From positions 7,874,001-7,938,000 of the forward strand of contig OZ024764.1 in NCBI GenBank assembly GCA_964016885.1: a stretch of 64,000 nucleotides of DNA, read 5' to 3'. Under the pieces are notes generated by a model. The model had not been told where the DNA came from. It worked only from the letters and a program-made list of their open reading frames with translations, and did no database searches. This DNA is from Eledone cirrhosa (lineage: Eukaryota). This document shows positions 28,384-41,460 of this stretch, piece by piece. Made by a program: the position numbers and the translations under genes. Within the stretch, counting starts at the first letter, position 1. The number at the start of each line of letters is the position of its first letter.

Positions 28384-28428
28384 TAGCCAACAATGTTTCG
28401 TCCTATTAAGGACTCATCAGGGCAATTA
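28384..28428 (-). ncRNA. Candidate minimal hammerhead ribozyme (Penelope-type)
   Basis: Minus: TTGCC-CTGATGA-GTCC ttaata GGAC-GAAA-CATTGTT-GGCTAA; intact core and stem II. Confidence 0.55.
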
Positions 28429-29098
28429 AAACAACAAGAAGTATTATCGGCCAATACAAGCCGAAAACTCCGAAGAATATGGAGTGTACATACACTAAAG
28501 TATTGCAAGATTATGGGTAAAAATATATAATAAAAATCACTAAGGAGGTGTATAACATTTAGAACCATATTACAAATATATATATATGTATGTATTCATA
28601 GAATAACAGGAGGAAATCAACGGAAAGAACCTCTCCTCAGCTTTTAGACCGCCCATGGTTTCGACAATTTAACTAAAAGGATATTCCGAGAACTTTATAT
28701 ATATATGTAAATATGATAATAAGGGCGCTGCGGAGTTGCAAATGGGTTACATATGAAAAAAGTTTGTCCTTCATCAGTGATCTTCCAACTATCATAGGCA
28801 TTTCATATATATATATACATGTATGTATGTATGTATTCATAGAATAACAGGAAGAACTCAACGCAGGGAAGCTGTTAAAACTGCAAGATGCCATCACATG
28901 ACGGCGTCAGGTAAAATTTACCATAAAGGATAGAAACCAGCGGCTAGAAGTGTTGACACAGAAGTGATAGGAAGAAAGTAAAACAGGAAAAAATGGATGA
29001 AAAATGGTCACAAACGTTTAAATACTCTCATCTGCTTTTAGATCGCCTGTGGTTTCGATTTAACTAAAAGGATATTCTCAAGAACTTTGTTTATATAT

Positions 29099-29129
<31 letters not shown>

Positions 29130-30489
29130 CACGTGTATCATCATGTATTCAGAGAAGATGCAGTATATTGTAGATATATATATACTAGGTACATACTACA
29201 AAGAAGAATATGTACTCAAGATGGAATCATTATATATATGTATATCTAAAACCAAAATGGGTAGAATGTAAAGGAAATAAAGGCGGATTTAAGGGTAAGC
29301 AGTTGGACCCCTTGAGTGGTTAAATGAAAGGTGAACCCATAAACTACAGAAGTTTGTTTTGAATTTCTTCATGCCAGATGTGGCATGGAATTTGCACAGA
29401 AGGACCCCTAACAGAGGCTGCATACCTGTTTGTTAAACTAAAATGGATTCTCAGTCGAGTACTGACTGTATTTACTTTTAATACATGGAGACCAGTTGTG
29501 CTCAAGTGCGGTTTATGGAATTATGTGGTTTTAAGGGGTTTTTCTCTCGGGTTTTTGACACCCACCACCACAGAGCTTTTGAAAAAAAAGCAACACTTTC
29601 AGACAACTCCATTGACAGCAGCCCTGCCACTGCTGCCTTGGTGGTAGCTAGAATCATTCATCATCATCTCCGTTTAGTGTCAATTCTTCCAAGCTTGCAT
29701 GGGTTAGATGGGTCGTCCATGGTGGGAGGGAAGTCTGGCTGTGTTGCTCTTTGCTCCGATGAGGACTATAAATTTGGCTGGGTATTTTACAGCTGGATGC
29801 TCCTCCTAACACCAACCACATTTACAGTGTGAGCAACAATAATGATTTCTCTTTTTCTTTTGGCTGGGTACTCCCTATCAAAGAATGGCTTTACCCAGAG
29901 AGACGGGGAAACTTTAGGTGGACTTTTGAAACCACAAAAATGCTTTAACCCGTTGGCATTTACATTACTCTATATATACTATTATATTTTCATGGTAAAA
30001 GCTTTATCTCATATAATATTGAATCTATGAGATTTTGAAAGTATTTATTTTGAGAACAATACCTTAACATCAGTTTGAGCGACTGGTTACAGCCAGTTTG
30101 AAAAGAAAGAAGTAGAGAATTTTGACCGGTTTGAACATTAAAGGATTATAGGAAAAAAAGTGAAAATAATTCAGCAAATCACTCCTCCTATGATTAATCA
30201 AGAAGGAGCTGGCCTGAGGCTGTAAAGTCATTCCCTGGGACAAACTCTTCTTTGAATATAAAACTGGATGGTCACTTGGAATGAGACTACCCTAATAGCC
30301 GACATAGCTGCTGAGGCACCAGTCAACATTGGATCGAAAATGGTTGGGTTGTAAATACACATACATGTGTGTGTTAGTCAGATGTGTAACTACAGTTACA
30401 GGCAGTGTGACTTTTGAAGCACTCAATGCTGTTACAAGGTATGTCACGTGTTGGGTTGTATTCCACTTCTCCGAATATGAACCTGAACG

Positions 30490-31050
30490 GTCACTTGGAA
30501 TAAGATGGCCCCAACTTGAGCCCTCCAAATTCACCACCTCAAAAGGAAAAATGGTAAAAGGATCACTTGGAATAAGATGGCCCCAACTTGAGCCCTCCAA
30601 ATTCACCACCTCAAAAGGAAAAATGTAAAAGGATCACTTGGAATAAGACGGCCCTAACTTGAGCCCTCCAAATTCACCACCTCAAAAGGAAAAATGGTAA
30701 AAGGATCACTTGGAATAAGACGGCCCCAACTTGAGCCCTCCAAATTCACCACCTCAAAAGGAAAAATGTAAAAGGATCACTTGGAATAAGACGGCCCCAA
30801 CTTGAGCCCTCCAAATTCACCACCTCAAAAGGAAAAATGTAAAAGGATCACTTGGAATAAGATGGCCCCAACTTGAGCCCTCCAAATTCACCACCTCAAA
30901 AGGAAAAATGTAAAAGGATCACTTGGAATAAGACGGCCCTAACTTGAGCCCTCCAAATTCACCACCTCAAAAGGAAAAATGTAAAAGGATCACTTGGAAT
31001 AAGACGGCCCCAACTTGAGCCCTCCAAATTCACCACCTCAAAAGGATCAA
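30490..31050. repeat. 69-70-bp tandem repeat (8 copies)
   Basis: Unit ggatcacttggaataagacggccccaacttgagccctccaaattcaccacctcaaaaggaaaaatgtaaaa. Confidence 0.93.
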
Positions 31051-31219
31051 ATCTGTTTTGTCATGGTTCGCAAGACTAGCCCTTTGGAAGTGTGGTTAGG
31101 CCACATACAACATCAATGTTGGCGGGGTCACTTCTGTGTGTAAACAAGTAGAACAGCACTGATCAACCGTGGCTGGTTGATTTACAGAACTATGTGAGGT
31201 TGAAGGTTTTGTCCAACTA

Positions 31220-31615
31220 CAAAACAACACTATGACTACATCACATCAAATATTAAAGTCTTTACTGTAATACTGTAAATTTTCACAACAGTCTGTCCAC
31301 CAGTAAAGATACTATAAACATTTAGTACAAAACAACACTGACTACATCACATTAAATATTAAAGTCTTTACTGTAATACTGTAAATTTTCACAACAATCT
31401 GTCCACTAGTAAAGATACTATAAACATTTAGTACAAAACAACACTGACTACATCACATTAAATATTAAAGTCTTTACTGTAATACTGTAAATTTTCACAA
31501 CAATCTGTCCACTAGTAAAGATACTATAAACATTTAGTACAAAACAACACTATGACTACATCACATTAAATATTAAAGTCTTTACTGTAATACTGTAAAT
31601 TTTCACAACAATCTG
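31220..31615. repeat. 106-108-bp tandem repeat, inverse of 9709-10228
   Basis: Reverse-complement match to the 108-bp unit. Confidence 0.9.
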
Positions 31616-31639
31616 ATACTCCCACCACACTTCTGACAC

Positions 31640-32030
31640 GGGTCCTGTTAGAAGCAACTGATCCCCAAGTGTGACCAACCAAGCTGGATGTCACTGAACC
31701 ATCTTGCTTGTGTTCAACCCCTTGGTCTCCTACCTATTGGTTTCGTCTGTAAGATCTCTCCAGCGATTCTTTCCTGAGACATTCTAACCCCATGCCCATA
31801 ATATGAGAGCTGTGATTTCTCAATTCGGAGAATTAGCGGCTCTACCTGGAGTGACTTTCCTGAGACATTCTAACCCCATGCCCATAATATGAGAGCTGTG
31901 ATTTCTCAATTCGGAGAATTAGCGGCTCTACCTGGAGTGACTTTCCTGAGACATTCTAACCCCATGCCCATAATATCGAGAGCCGTGGTCTGTCGATTCG
32001 GAGAAGTAGCAGCTCTACCTGGAATGACTT
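31640..32030 (-). mobile_element. RTE fragment with ~3 copies of an 88-bp internal unit
   Basis: Homologous to 10490-12790. Confidence 0.65.
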
Positions 32031-32504
32031 TCAATTCTGCAAATTTTTTACAACAATCTGTTCACCAGTAAAGATATTATAAACATTTGAATTAACAAGA
32101 CATTCTCTGCTGGATTTTGAAATGAGTCTGATGGAAAAACAGAACTAATGAAGGTTTTACCTCATGTTTCTGGCTTGTATTTTTTCATGGTTCATATAGC
32201 TGGCCCTTGGAAATGTGGTTAGGCCATGTACAACGCTGGCGCTGGTGGGAGCACTGCAGATTCCTCTCTCTATTGCATGGAAACTCAAAAGCGTGTTGCT
32301 ATCGGGTAATGTCTTACATTTGTCATTTGGTGAGCAATCTCATTTTTCTCAAAGTATGCATTATTGGAGTAGGGATGACTAGCGTGGAAACAACAACAAG
32401 TCATCGTATTTGTCTGAGCCATTTGAATTGTGTAGGCTCCGTGGTTCCTTCTATACATGTGTGTGTGTGTATATATATATATATACACATATATATACAC
32501 ACAT

Positions 32505-35130
32505 ATATTGACTAGGTATCTATGCATATTTGTATGAAATGTGTATATATGAAAGATATGTATGTATATATTGACTAGGTATCTATGCATATGTGTATAT
32601 ATATGAAAGATATGTATGTATGTATATATTGACTAGGTATCTATGCATATTTGTATATATATGAAAGATATGTATGTATGTATATATTGACTAGGTATCT
32701 ATGCATATTTGTATGAAATGTGTGTATATATGAAAGATATGTATGTATGTATATATTGACTAGGTATCTATGCATATGTGTATGAAATGTGTATATATGA
32801 AAGATATGTATGTATATATTGACTAGGTATCTATGCATATTTGTATGAAATGTGTATATATGAAAGATATGTATGTATATATTGACTAGGTATCTATGCA
32901 TATTTGTATGAAATGTGTGTATATATGAAAGATATGTATGTATGTATATATTGACTAGGTATCTATGCATATGTGTATATATATGAAAGATAATGTATGT
33001 ATGTATATATTGACTAGGTATCTATGCATATTTGTATGAAATGTGTATATATGAAAGCTATGTATGTATATATTGACTAGGTATCTATGCATATTTGTAT
33101 GAAATGATGTGTGTATATATGAAAGATAATGTATGTATGTATATATATATTGACTAGGTATCTATGCATATTTGTATGAAATGTGTATATATTATATATA
33201 TGTATGTATGTATATATTGACTAGGTATCTATGCATATTTGTATGAAATGTGTATATATATGAAAGATGTATGTATGTATGTATATATTGACTAGGTATC
33301 TATGCATATTTGTATGAAATGTGTATATATATGAAAGCTATGTATGTATGTATTGACTAGGTATCTATGCATATATGTATGAAATATGTGTATATATATG
33401 AAAGATATGTATGTATGTATATATTGACTAGGTATCTATGCATATATGTATGAAATGTGTATATATATGAAAGCTATGTATGTATGTATATATTGACTAG
33501 GTATCTATGCATATTTGTATGAAATGTGTATATATGAAAGATATGTATGTATATATTGACTAGGTATCTATGCATATTTGTATGAAATGTGTATATATGA
33601 AAGATATGTATGTATATATATTGACTAGGTATCTATGCATATTTGTATGAAATGTGTATATATGAAAGTTATGTATGTATGTATGTATATATTGACTAGG
33701 TATCTATGCATATTTGTATGAAATGTGTGTATATATATGAAAGATATGTATGCATGTATATATTGACTAGGTATCTATGCATATGTTTATATATATGAAA
33801 GATAATGTATGTATGTATATATTGACTAGGTATCTATGCATATTTGTATGAAATATGTGTATATATATGAAAGATATGTATGTATATATTGACTAGGTAT
33901 CTATGCATATTTGTATGAAATGTGTATATATGAAAGATATGTATGTATATATTGACTAGGTATCTATGCATATTTGTTTGTATGAAATGTGTATATATAT
34001 GAAAGATATGTATGTATATATATATTGACTAGGTATCTATGCATATTTGTATGAAATGTGTATATATGAAAGATATGTATGTGTGTATATATATATTGAC
34101 TAGGTATCTATGCATATTTGTATGAAATGTGTATATATATGAAAGATATGTATGTATGTATGTATGTATGTATATATTGACTAGGTATCTATGCATATTT
34201 GTATGAAATGTGTATATATGAAAGATATGTATGTATATATATATTGACTAGGTATCTATGCATATTTGTTTGTATGAAATGTGTATATATATGAAAGATA
34301 TGTATGTATATATATATTGACTAGGTATCTATGCATATTTGTATGAAATGTGTATATATGAAAGATATGTATGTGTGTATATATATATTGACTAGGTATC
34401 TATGCATATTTGTATGAAATGTGTATATATATGAAAGATATGTATGTATGTATATATTGACTAGGTATCTATGCATATTTGTATGAAATGTGTATATATA
34501 TGAAAGATATGTATGTATGTATGTATGTATGTATATATTGACTAGGTATCTATGCATATTTGTATGAAACGATGTGTGTATATATGAAAGATAATGTATG
34601 TATGTATATATATATATATAGTATATATATGACAAGGTATCTATGCATATTTGTATGAAATGATGTGTGTATATATGAAAGATGTGTATATATATATATA
34701 TTATATATATGACTACGTATCTATGCATATTTGTATGAAATATATGTATGTATATATATATATGTGATGTGTAAATATATATATATATATATATATATAG
34801 GGTATTTCCAGTCCAGTCTTCTGTTGTTTTAAATAATATATATTAAGCTTATATGAAAAAATTCTGTATAAATGTATGAAATGATATATATATATATATC
34901 TAATTGTAAATATATATATATATATAACTGTAAATATATATATCTAACTGTAAATATGTATATATAAATGAAATGATACATATGTATATATATTTGTTAT
35001 TGTTTGATGTTCCTATTTGTTGGTGTGGCCCATGCTGTCATCTTTGTGTCCCATGAGGGGATCATTGCCTTTTTACCATGATCTTGAGTGTGTGTGAGTG
35101 TGTGTATATATATATATTTATATATAAATT

Positions 35131-35168
<38 letters not shown>

Positions 35169-35229
35169 CGAAAGGCAAACAACACATTACAATGAAGAAA
35201 TATTAGTTTTACGCTAATGTGTGTGTGTG

Positions 35230-35292
<63 letters not shown>

Positions 35293-35890
35293 GTGTGTGT
35301 GTGTGTGTGTATATATATGTATGTGTATATATGTACATATATATATATATATATGTGTATGTATATATATGTACATATATGTGTATGTATATATATGTAT
35401 TTGTGTATGTATGTGTATATATATATGTGTGTGTGTGTGTGTATATATGTACATATGTATATATATATATATGTGTGTGTGTGTATGTATATATATGTAT
35501 GTGTATATATGTACATATATATATATGTGTATGTATATATATGTATGTGTGTATATATATATATATGTGTGTGTCTGTGTGTATATATATATACACACAC
35601 ACACTGTTGATGTAGTCATGGCTACTCTGTTTTTGGTGTGTTTTTTTGTTATTTTTCTAATGATTGAGCCAGTCCCAGGTTCAATCTCTGATACCGGTGG
35701 CATCCTGGGGGATGGGGGTAAGGAGAGGTTTCATTTCATATTATATTATATATACTGTGTTTACCAGGTGTATAATACATTGTACCCAAATGTGTGTATA
35801 TATTATATATATATGTGTGTGTGTGTGTATGTACATGTATATAAACGTGTATGTACGTATGTATGTAAATGTATATATGTGTGTGCGTGG
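32505..35890. repeat. ~60-75-bp AT-rich satellite (32505-34740) followed by (TA)/(TG) microsatellite field
   Basis: ttgactaggtatctatgcatatttgtatgaaatg anchor with variable TA/TATG runs. Confidence 0.93.
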
Positions 35891-36619
35891 CATATCATAA
35901 AATGGAGTGAGCAGATGTTTAGGGAGGATTTCCTGTGTGTTTGACTTGGTAGTAATATAAGTGTAGGCTGCATCTAAGTCTCCTCCTGAATATATAGTAA
36001 CTTTGGGAGGTTTGAAAGATTCTTGAGTGAAAATGTCAAATTCTTTAGGGGTTTTGCTCCATGTAAATTCAATCTTTTCCTTGCCTGTCGGTGTTACAGC
36101 CCAAATACAGGAGCGTTTCAAGGTAGGCATTATAGGACTAAGAGATTTGAAGTCAACCTCGGTGAGTTCAAATCCCGCCGAGGTTGACTTTGCCTTTCAT
36201 CCTTATGGGGTCGATAAAATAAAGTACCAGTAATGCATTGGGTAATTGATGGCCTTGTGCCTAAAGTAGAAACAATTATAGGACTAAGGGATGATATAAG
36301 GAATGTAAGAATTGTAAGTGTATGTATGTATATATATATATATATATATGTGTGTGTATAACAGATACAAAGCATTCAACAGTAAAATATTTATCTGGAG
36401 TATTCTTCATTCATTATCATCATTTTATTTTACGTCCACTTTTCCCTGCTTGCAAGGGTGGGACGGGAACTGATTCTTGCTTGATCTCTACAGCTGGATG
36501 CCCTTCCTAACACCAACCTCATTTACAGTGAGTGCTGGGTGCTTTTTTGCCGTGGCACCTCCACGACCACTTTGCAGTGGAATGATAGGGACCCCAGTCC
36601 CTATCATTTCATTTCTGCA

Positions 36620-37380
36620 GCGTGAATGCGGTCAAGTTGAGCTAGATAAACGTCGCTGTTGATATTTAATTGCCACGTTTTTGTCCAGAAACCGCCACTG
36701 TTGACGCTCATCGTCGTCATGCAACCAATAACAAATCCTGTTTGAGATGATTTCCCAGTGAATGATTCCGCTTCTGTCCCACCAAACACACCACATTGCC
36801 TTCTTGCACTGGATACCTTTGGGTGAAACACCTGGCGAAACGCAAACCTTCTTTCTTTTGATGTTTTTGAAGAGAAGCCATGATTCATCCCCAGTGACGA
36901 GATTCTTCAGGAACGGAGTTTGCTCATTTCGCTGCAGCAAATCGGTAAAAATTCGGACACGTTCGGCTTTGTTGTTATCGGAGAGTTTGTGGGGGACCCA
37001 CCCAGCCAATTTCCATACTTTTCCGAGCTTTTTGAGACGACGAACGATGGTTGAATGGTCCACATTGAAGTCTTTGGCCAACGTTCTTGTTGTCAAGCTT
37101 TCGTCATCTTCCACGGCTGCCAAAAGTGCCTGGTTGTTGAAATTTGATGGTCAACCTCTTCCTTCTTCATCTGCGAGGTTTGTATCGCCCGATTTGAACT
37201 TCCTGAACCATCTTTCAACTTGGCTTTTGCTGGTTGTTCCTTCACCAAAACATTCATTGAGATCGCGAAATGACTGAGGCTGCATTCCAACCTTTCTTGA
37301 AGCGGTAGAGCATAATATGACGAATGTGGATATGATTTTTGATACACATTCTGAAAAGAGAAAAACCCGACCGCCATTTA
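36620..37380 (-). pseudogene. mariner transposase, N-terminal two-thirds, frameshifted
   Basis: HIRHIMLYRFKKG HTH, WVPHKL, LVTGDESW motifs. Confidence 0.9.
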
Positions 37381-38216
37381 AAGATGTTTTTGTTAAATAT
37401 TGTTATTGTTTTTGTTAAATAAAATTTGTTGAAAAATAGCCTCAATAAATATGCACCAACCTTTACAATTGAGTTGGTGATTTTAGTTTTCATTGATGGG
37501 CAAAGGGGGATAACATACTTAGAATTGAAAACGAAAGTATTTAAACATAAGTAAATAAACAAGGGGGAGATAATTTAGATTATTTATATGAGTTAAGTTT
37601 ATTAAATATTATAATAATTGTTTCTACTTTAGGCACAAGGCCTGCACATACCCCGGTGTATTACTGGTACTTTAATTTTATCGACCCCGTAAGGATGAAA
37701 GGCAAAGTTAACCTCGGCAGGATTTGAACTCAGAATGGCAAGGGCCGTAACTGTATGCGTCAAAGCATGGCGTCTGACCCTCTACCGATACTGCCAATCC
37801 ATTATAATAATGTGTGGCGCCCACACACATTATTAGCTATTTGAAAAGAGGGATGGATTTCGCAACTGACTGCACCAGGGTTCCTGTTCCCTAGGGAACC
37901 ACACTATATGGGCGACAGGGAATTCTGGGGCATGAGAGTGAGATCCATCATCTCGTCGGTAGTCGAAGAATGATGATGATGATGATGATAATAATGGCAG
38001 TATCGGTAAAGGGTCGGATGCCCTGCTTTGCAGCAAAGAGTTAAGGCTCTATTTGATCTGAGTTCAAATCCCACCGAGGTTAACTCTGCCTCTCATCTTT
38101 ACGGGGTCGATAAAATAAAGTACTGGGATAATTGCTGGCTGGCCTTGTGCCAAAAGTAGAAACCATTATTTGTATTGATATTAGTGGAATGATTATCCTT
38201 ATATTCTAATTCTATT

Positions 38217-38882
38217 CTAAGGCGGGTAAAATTCCCGAGATCCATGGACGAGTTCTCTCCAGCGGTCTCTGTCCCTCATTATCGCTGCCATGTCCTGCGT
38301 CTCCAACAGACCAGTGTCTGTCCTTAGGGCATCAACATACGTTAACCTTGCTCTTCCTCTTCTAGTGTGTCCATGTAGGGGCTCCCAAAGGAGCGCTGAG
38401 TGCAATGTCAACTCTGGATGTCGGTGAGCATGTCCAGCTAACCTCAGTCTCCTCTGTGTCACTTTTGAGCTGACTTTTGGGAGGCTCCCGTACAGCTCTG
38501 AGTTCTTCATCCTCAGTGTATGTTGATTAATGTTCAGAGCCATCCTCAGTATTCTCGTGTATCACCCATCCACCATCTGAGTGAGTTTCTTGGTCAGTGT
38601 CCAAATCTCAGACCCGTACAGCAGCACAGACTCTATATATCTAAGGCGGGTAAAATTCCCGAGATCCATGGACGAGTTCTCTCCAGCGGTCTCTGTCCCT
38701 CATTATCGCTGCCATGTCCTGCGTCTCCAACAGACCAGTGTCTGTCCTTAGGGCATCAACATACGTTAACCTCGGTCTTCCTCTTCTAGTGTGTCCAAAG
38801 GAGCACTGAGTGCAGTGTCAACTCTGGATGTCGGTGAGCATGTCCAGCTAACCTCAGTCTCCTCTGTCACTTTTGAGCTGAC
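38217..38882 (-). mobile_element. RTE LINE 3' fragment plus partial tandem duplicate
   Basis: RRLRLAGHAHRH..LLWEP..GRARLTYVD..DRDRWR; repeated from 38641. Confidence 0.85.
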
Positions 38883-38999
38883 ACATATCCTTATATGAGT
38901 GGGTATAAATATTTTTATCTATGTGTGTATATTTTTGTTTGAGTTGGGGAGTACTTACTGTGATCCCTAAGGGTTCTAGTGATTTATTTTTTTTCATTT

Positions 39000-39795
39000 C
39001 ATGTCCACACGTGGTTTGTTGGCGAAAATCAGATAATCTTTGTTAAAGTAATTTTATGTTGAAGCTGGTACTAATAGTCAGGAACAGCGAAAGTATTTGT
39101 AATAATCAATAATGTAATCTATCTGGCATTTATTAAAAGGGCAGCTTTCGGTGATAATATTATATTTAGTTTGGGGAGCCGTGGTCATACGTCCTTCCTT
39201 GTCGCCATCTTGTAAATTCTATCAGAGTAACCTGCGCTGTTTAATACATTGTTATAATAGTTGGCCTTATTGTCAAAAATATCTTTATTGGCAGAGAGTC
39301 TAGAGATTCTAAGCAGAACACTTGTTAAGTATAGACCTCTTGACGTTTTTAGTGTGGTTGGAATAGTAATTAACATAATTGAGGATTTAATTTAATTTAT
39401 GGTAATAAAGGCCAAATTTAAGATTTAATATTATGCCTACGAAATTGACTATTTTGTTATTTTCAATTTCAAGTTTAAGGCCATAATTATTAAAAAAAGG
39501 TCAATTATAATTTTCTTTTTTCTATTAAGGTCACTATTACTATGGTTATTTACTATAACAAGTGCATTGTCACGATATAAACCTCCAGCAATTTCCTATG
39601 TATAGAGTTATGGTTGAAAAACCAACGAGGTCAGTAACTTTATCTGAGTCCATGGACCCCACGGTAATATCAAAATTTAAAGGTCTGTCAGCTCTGGTCC
39701 AGAGATCACCGTTATATTCTATAAGGTTTTTTCTTGCTGTCAAGATGATGTTTATTTCGTAGCTTGATAGATCTGTGTTTTGTTGGATAAGATAA
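39000..39795 (-). mobile_element. Penelope-like RT fragment, degraded
   Basis: NFDITVGSMD..VTDLVG, Y(R)DNAL; homologous to 61110-63140. Confidence 0.75.
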
Positions 39796-40364
39796 ATTTC
39801 TTTATTATCCACAAGGGCGCAAAAGAATTTATAACAATGATAAATTAAACAATCGAAATCCCCAATAGTGGGGAGGCGTTAAACGGGTTGTACAACCCTC
39901 ATCTCCAGGAACATGAAGAGTAAGCGCTCCCTTCCTCTCTTCTTCCTCCACCTACAGGCCTATATAGAGAGAAGGCCCAGCCACTCGGGCCAGCCTTGCC
40001 ACATTCACCCACCTTTCAGAAAATTTGCTGGGGTGCAGCACCTCTCTCTCCACTCTGGTTCTTCTTCTAAAATGATATTTGAAGAAGCGAACCAGTTGTT
40101 TGCTGGAGAGAAAGGTGTCTGACCCCAGCCCTTTCAGCCTCGTCCACCATATAGTCTCTTTCACCATAGCTATTACACAGAGGAAAACCGCCTCCTCTTC
40201 GTTTTTGAAGGAAGGTGGCGGTTTGATCGTAATAATGGACTCGGTGGTCAACCGGATTTGTCCCACCCGTGACAGTAGTCGTTCTGCATAGCTCCACAGG
40301 TCGGTAACGCCCGGGCAGTGTACGAATGCGTGCGCGACGGTTTCCTCGTCCTGCATCTCAGACA
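39796..40364 (-). mobile_element. Tx1/L1-like LINE 3' end (~570 bp)
   Basis: ETVAHAFVHC zinc-binding motif; 3' end gcgcccttgtgg..AATAAAG shared with the copy ending at 46167. Confidence 0.8.
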
Positions 40365-40444
40365 TTTTTTTTTTTTTTATTTCAGAAAAAAGTTACAATG
40401 ATAAATTTCCTTTTCGGAATTACTATTTATATAAACAAAGACTT

Positions 40445-40850
40445 TCAGTATTCAGGAGAGTTGTTTAATGGTGTAGGTGAAGGTGAATTTCTGTGAGAAT
40501 CCATTAATTTTGCGTATTTTCGCCATCTGCATTCATTTGGTCTGTTTTCTTTTTCATCGGACTCTTCGTCTTCTGATTCGGGCACGACGACGGTGTCCCC
40601 GCTTCTAGGAGGAGACGGAGACCGAAGTCTACGTCGTCTTTCTCTATCATTTTCTCTTTCACATTTTTCTCGTTCGAGTCTGTTGTACTCGTCTAAAACA
40701 TGAGCGAGATTTTCATCAGACGACGAGCTATCTTCATGTGCTAAATTGAAGAAGCAATGTTCATAGAAAAGCTCATTCCAAATAAATGGATTTAATTTTT
40801 TTTTTACATACTGCAGGACAGGTGCTTTGGCTTTAAACAAGAATTCAGTA
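40445..40850 (-). pseudogene. Parvovirus-like NS1 C-terminus (variant B)
   Basis: YTEFLFKAKAP..KKKLNPFIWNELFYEHCF parallels YTEFLFTCSP..KKKLNPFIWNILFYEHCF of ORF 41332-42702; followed by an AT-rich UTR and an A14 run (40378-40365). Confidence 0.85.
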
Positions 40851-41235
40851 TACGTGGTCGGGTCAATAATCTCTAATACTCCGTATGAAAAGAAAAAGCT
40901 AGAACATTCAAACGAATTTTATTTGAAAATACATTCAATACTAGTAAAGAAAACATTAATAAAGTTATTTTTCAATGTAACCTCCATTGTTTACAACCAT
41001 CTTTCGCCATCTTAACAGTAATTCTTCAAACGCCGCTTTGAAAAATGAATCATCCAAAGAGTTCAAATATTCATTAACAAAACTTTTGAGTTCCTCTCCA
41101 GTTGCAAAGTGATTACCACTGAGCTCTTTCTTAAGCAGTCTGAAGAAAAAGAAGTCACTTGGAGCAATGTCCGGACTATAAGGAGGGTGAACGAGTTGAT
41201 GAAAGCCACGTTTTTCAATGCATTCTTGTGCAAGT
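40851..41235 (-). mobile_element. mariner 3' fragment inserted in NS1
   Basis: HPPYSPDIAPSDFFFF..RWRKMVVNNGGYIEK*; right end terminates at a TA (40851-52). Confidence 0.88.
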
Positions 41236-41460
41236 TTTGGTAATGAATGCTACTTTTTCTGCTAAAGGAGCATTCTGGTCGAATTTGTTGTTGCTGGTGA
41301 TGATGAGTGGAGTTCTATTTACTAGTTGGTCTTATTTGAATTTAACAGTCACTTCCGTGTCAACTCCTTCTGCCAACTTTTTAAATGTTTGTAACGTTTC
41401 TAATGTGAAGTTAGGTTCTTTGATTAAACCTATCTCGACGTTAATTAAATTCTGGAACTC
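41236..41460 (-). pseudogene. Parvovirus-like NS1 helicase segment (variant B)
   Basis: FQNLINVEIGLIKEPNF..KFK*DQLVNRTPLIITSNNKFDQNAPLAEKVAFITK; diverged duplicate of Walker B to motif C. Confidence 0.85.

Noticed and set aside
32285-35944. Tyr/Ile/His/Cys/Val-rich ORFs
   Set aside because: (TA)/(TG) microsatellite translations
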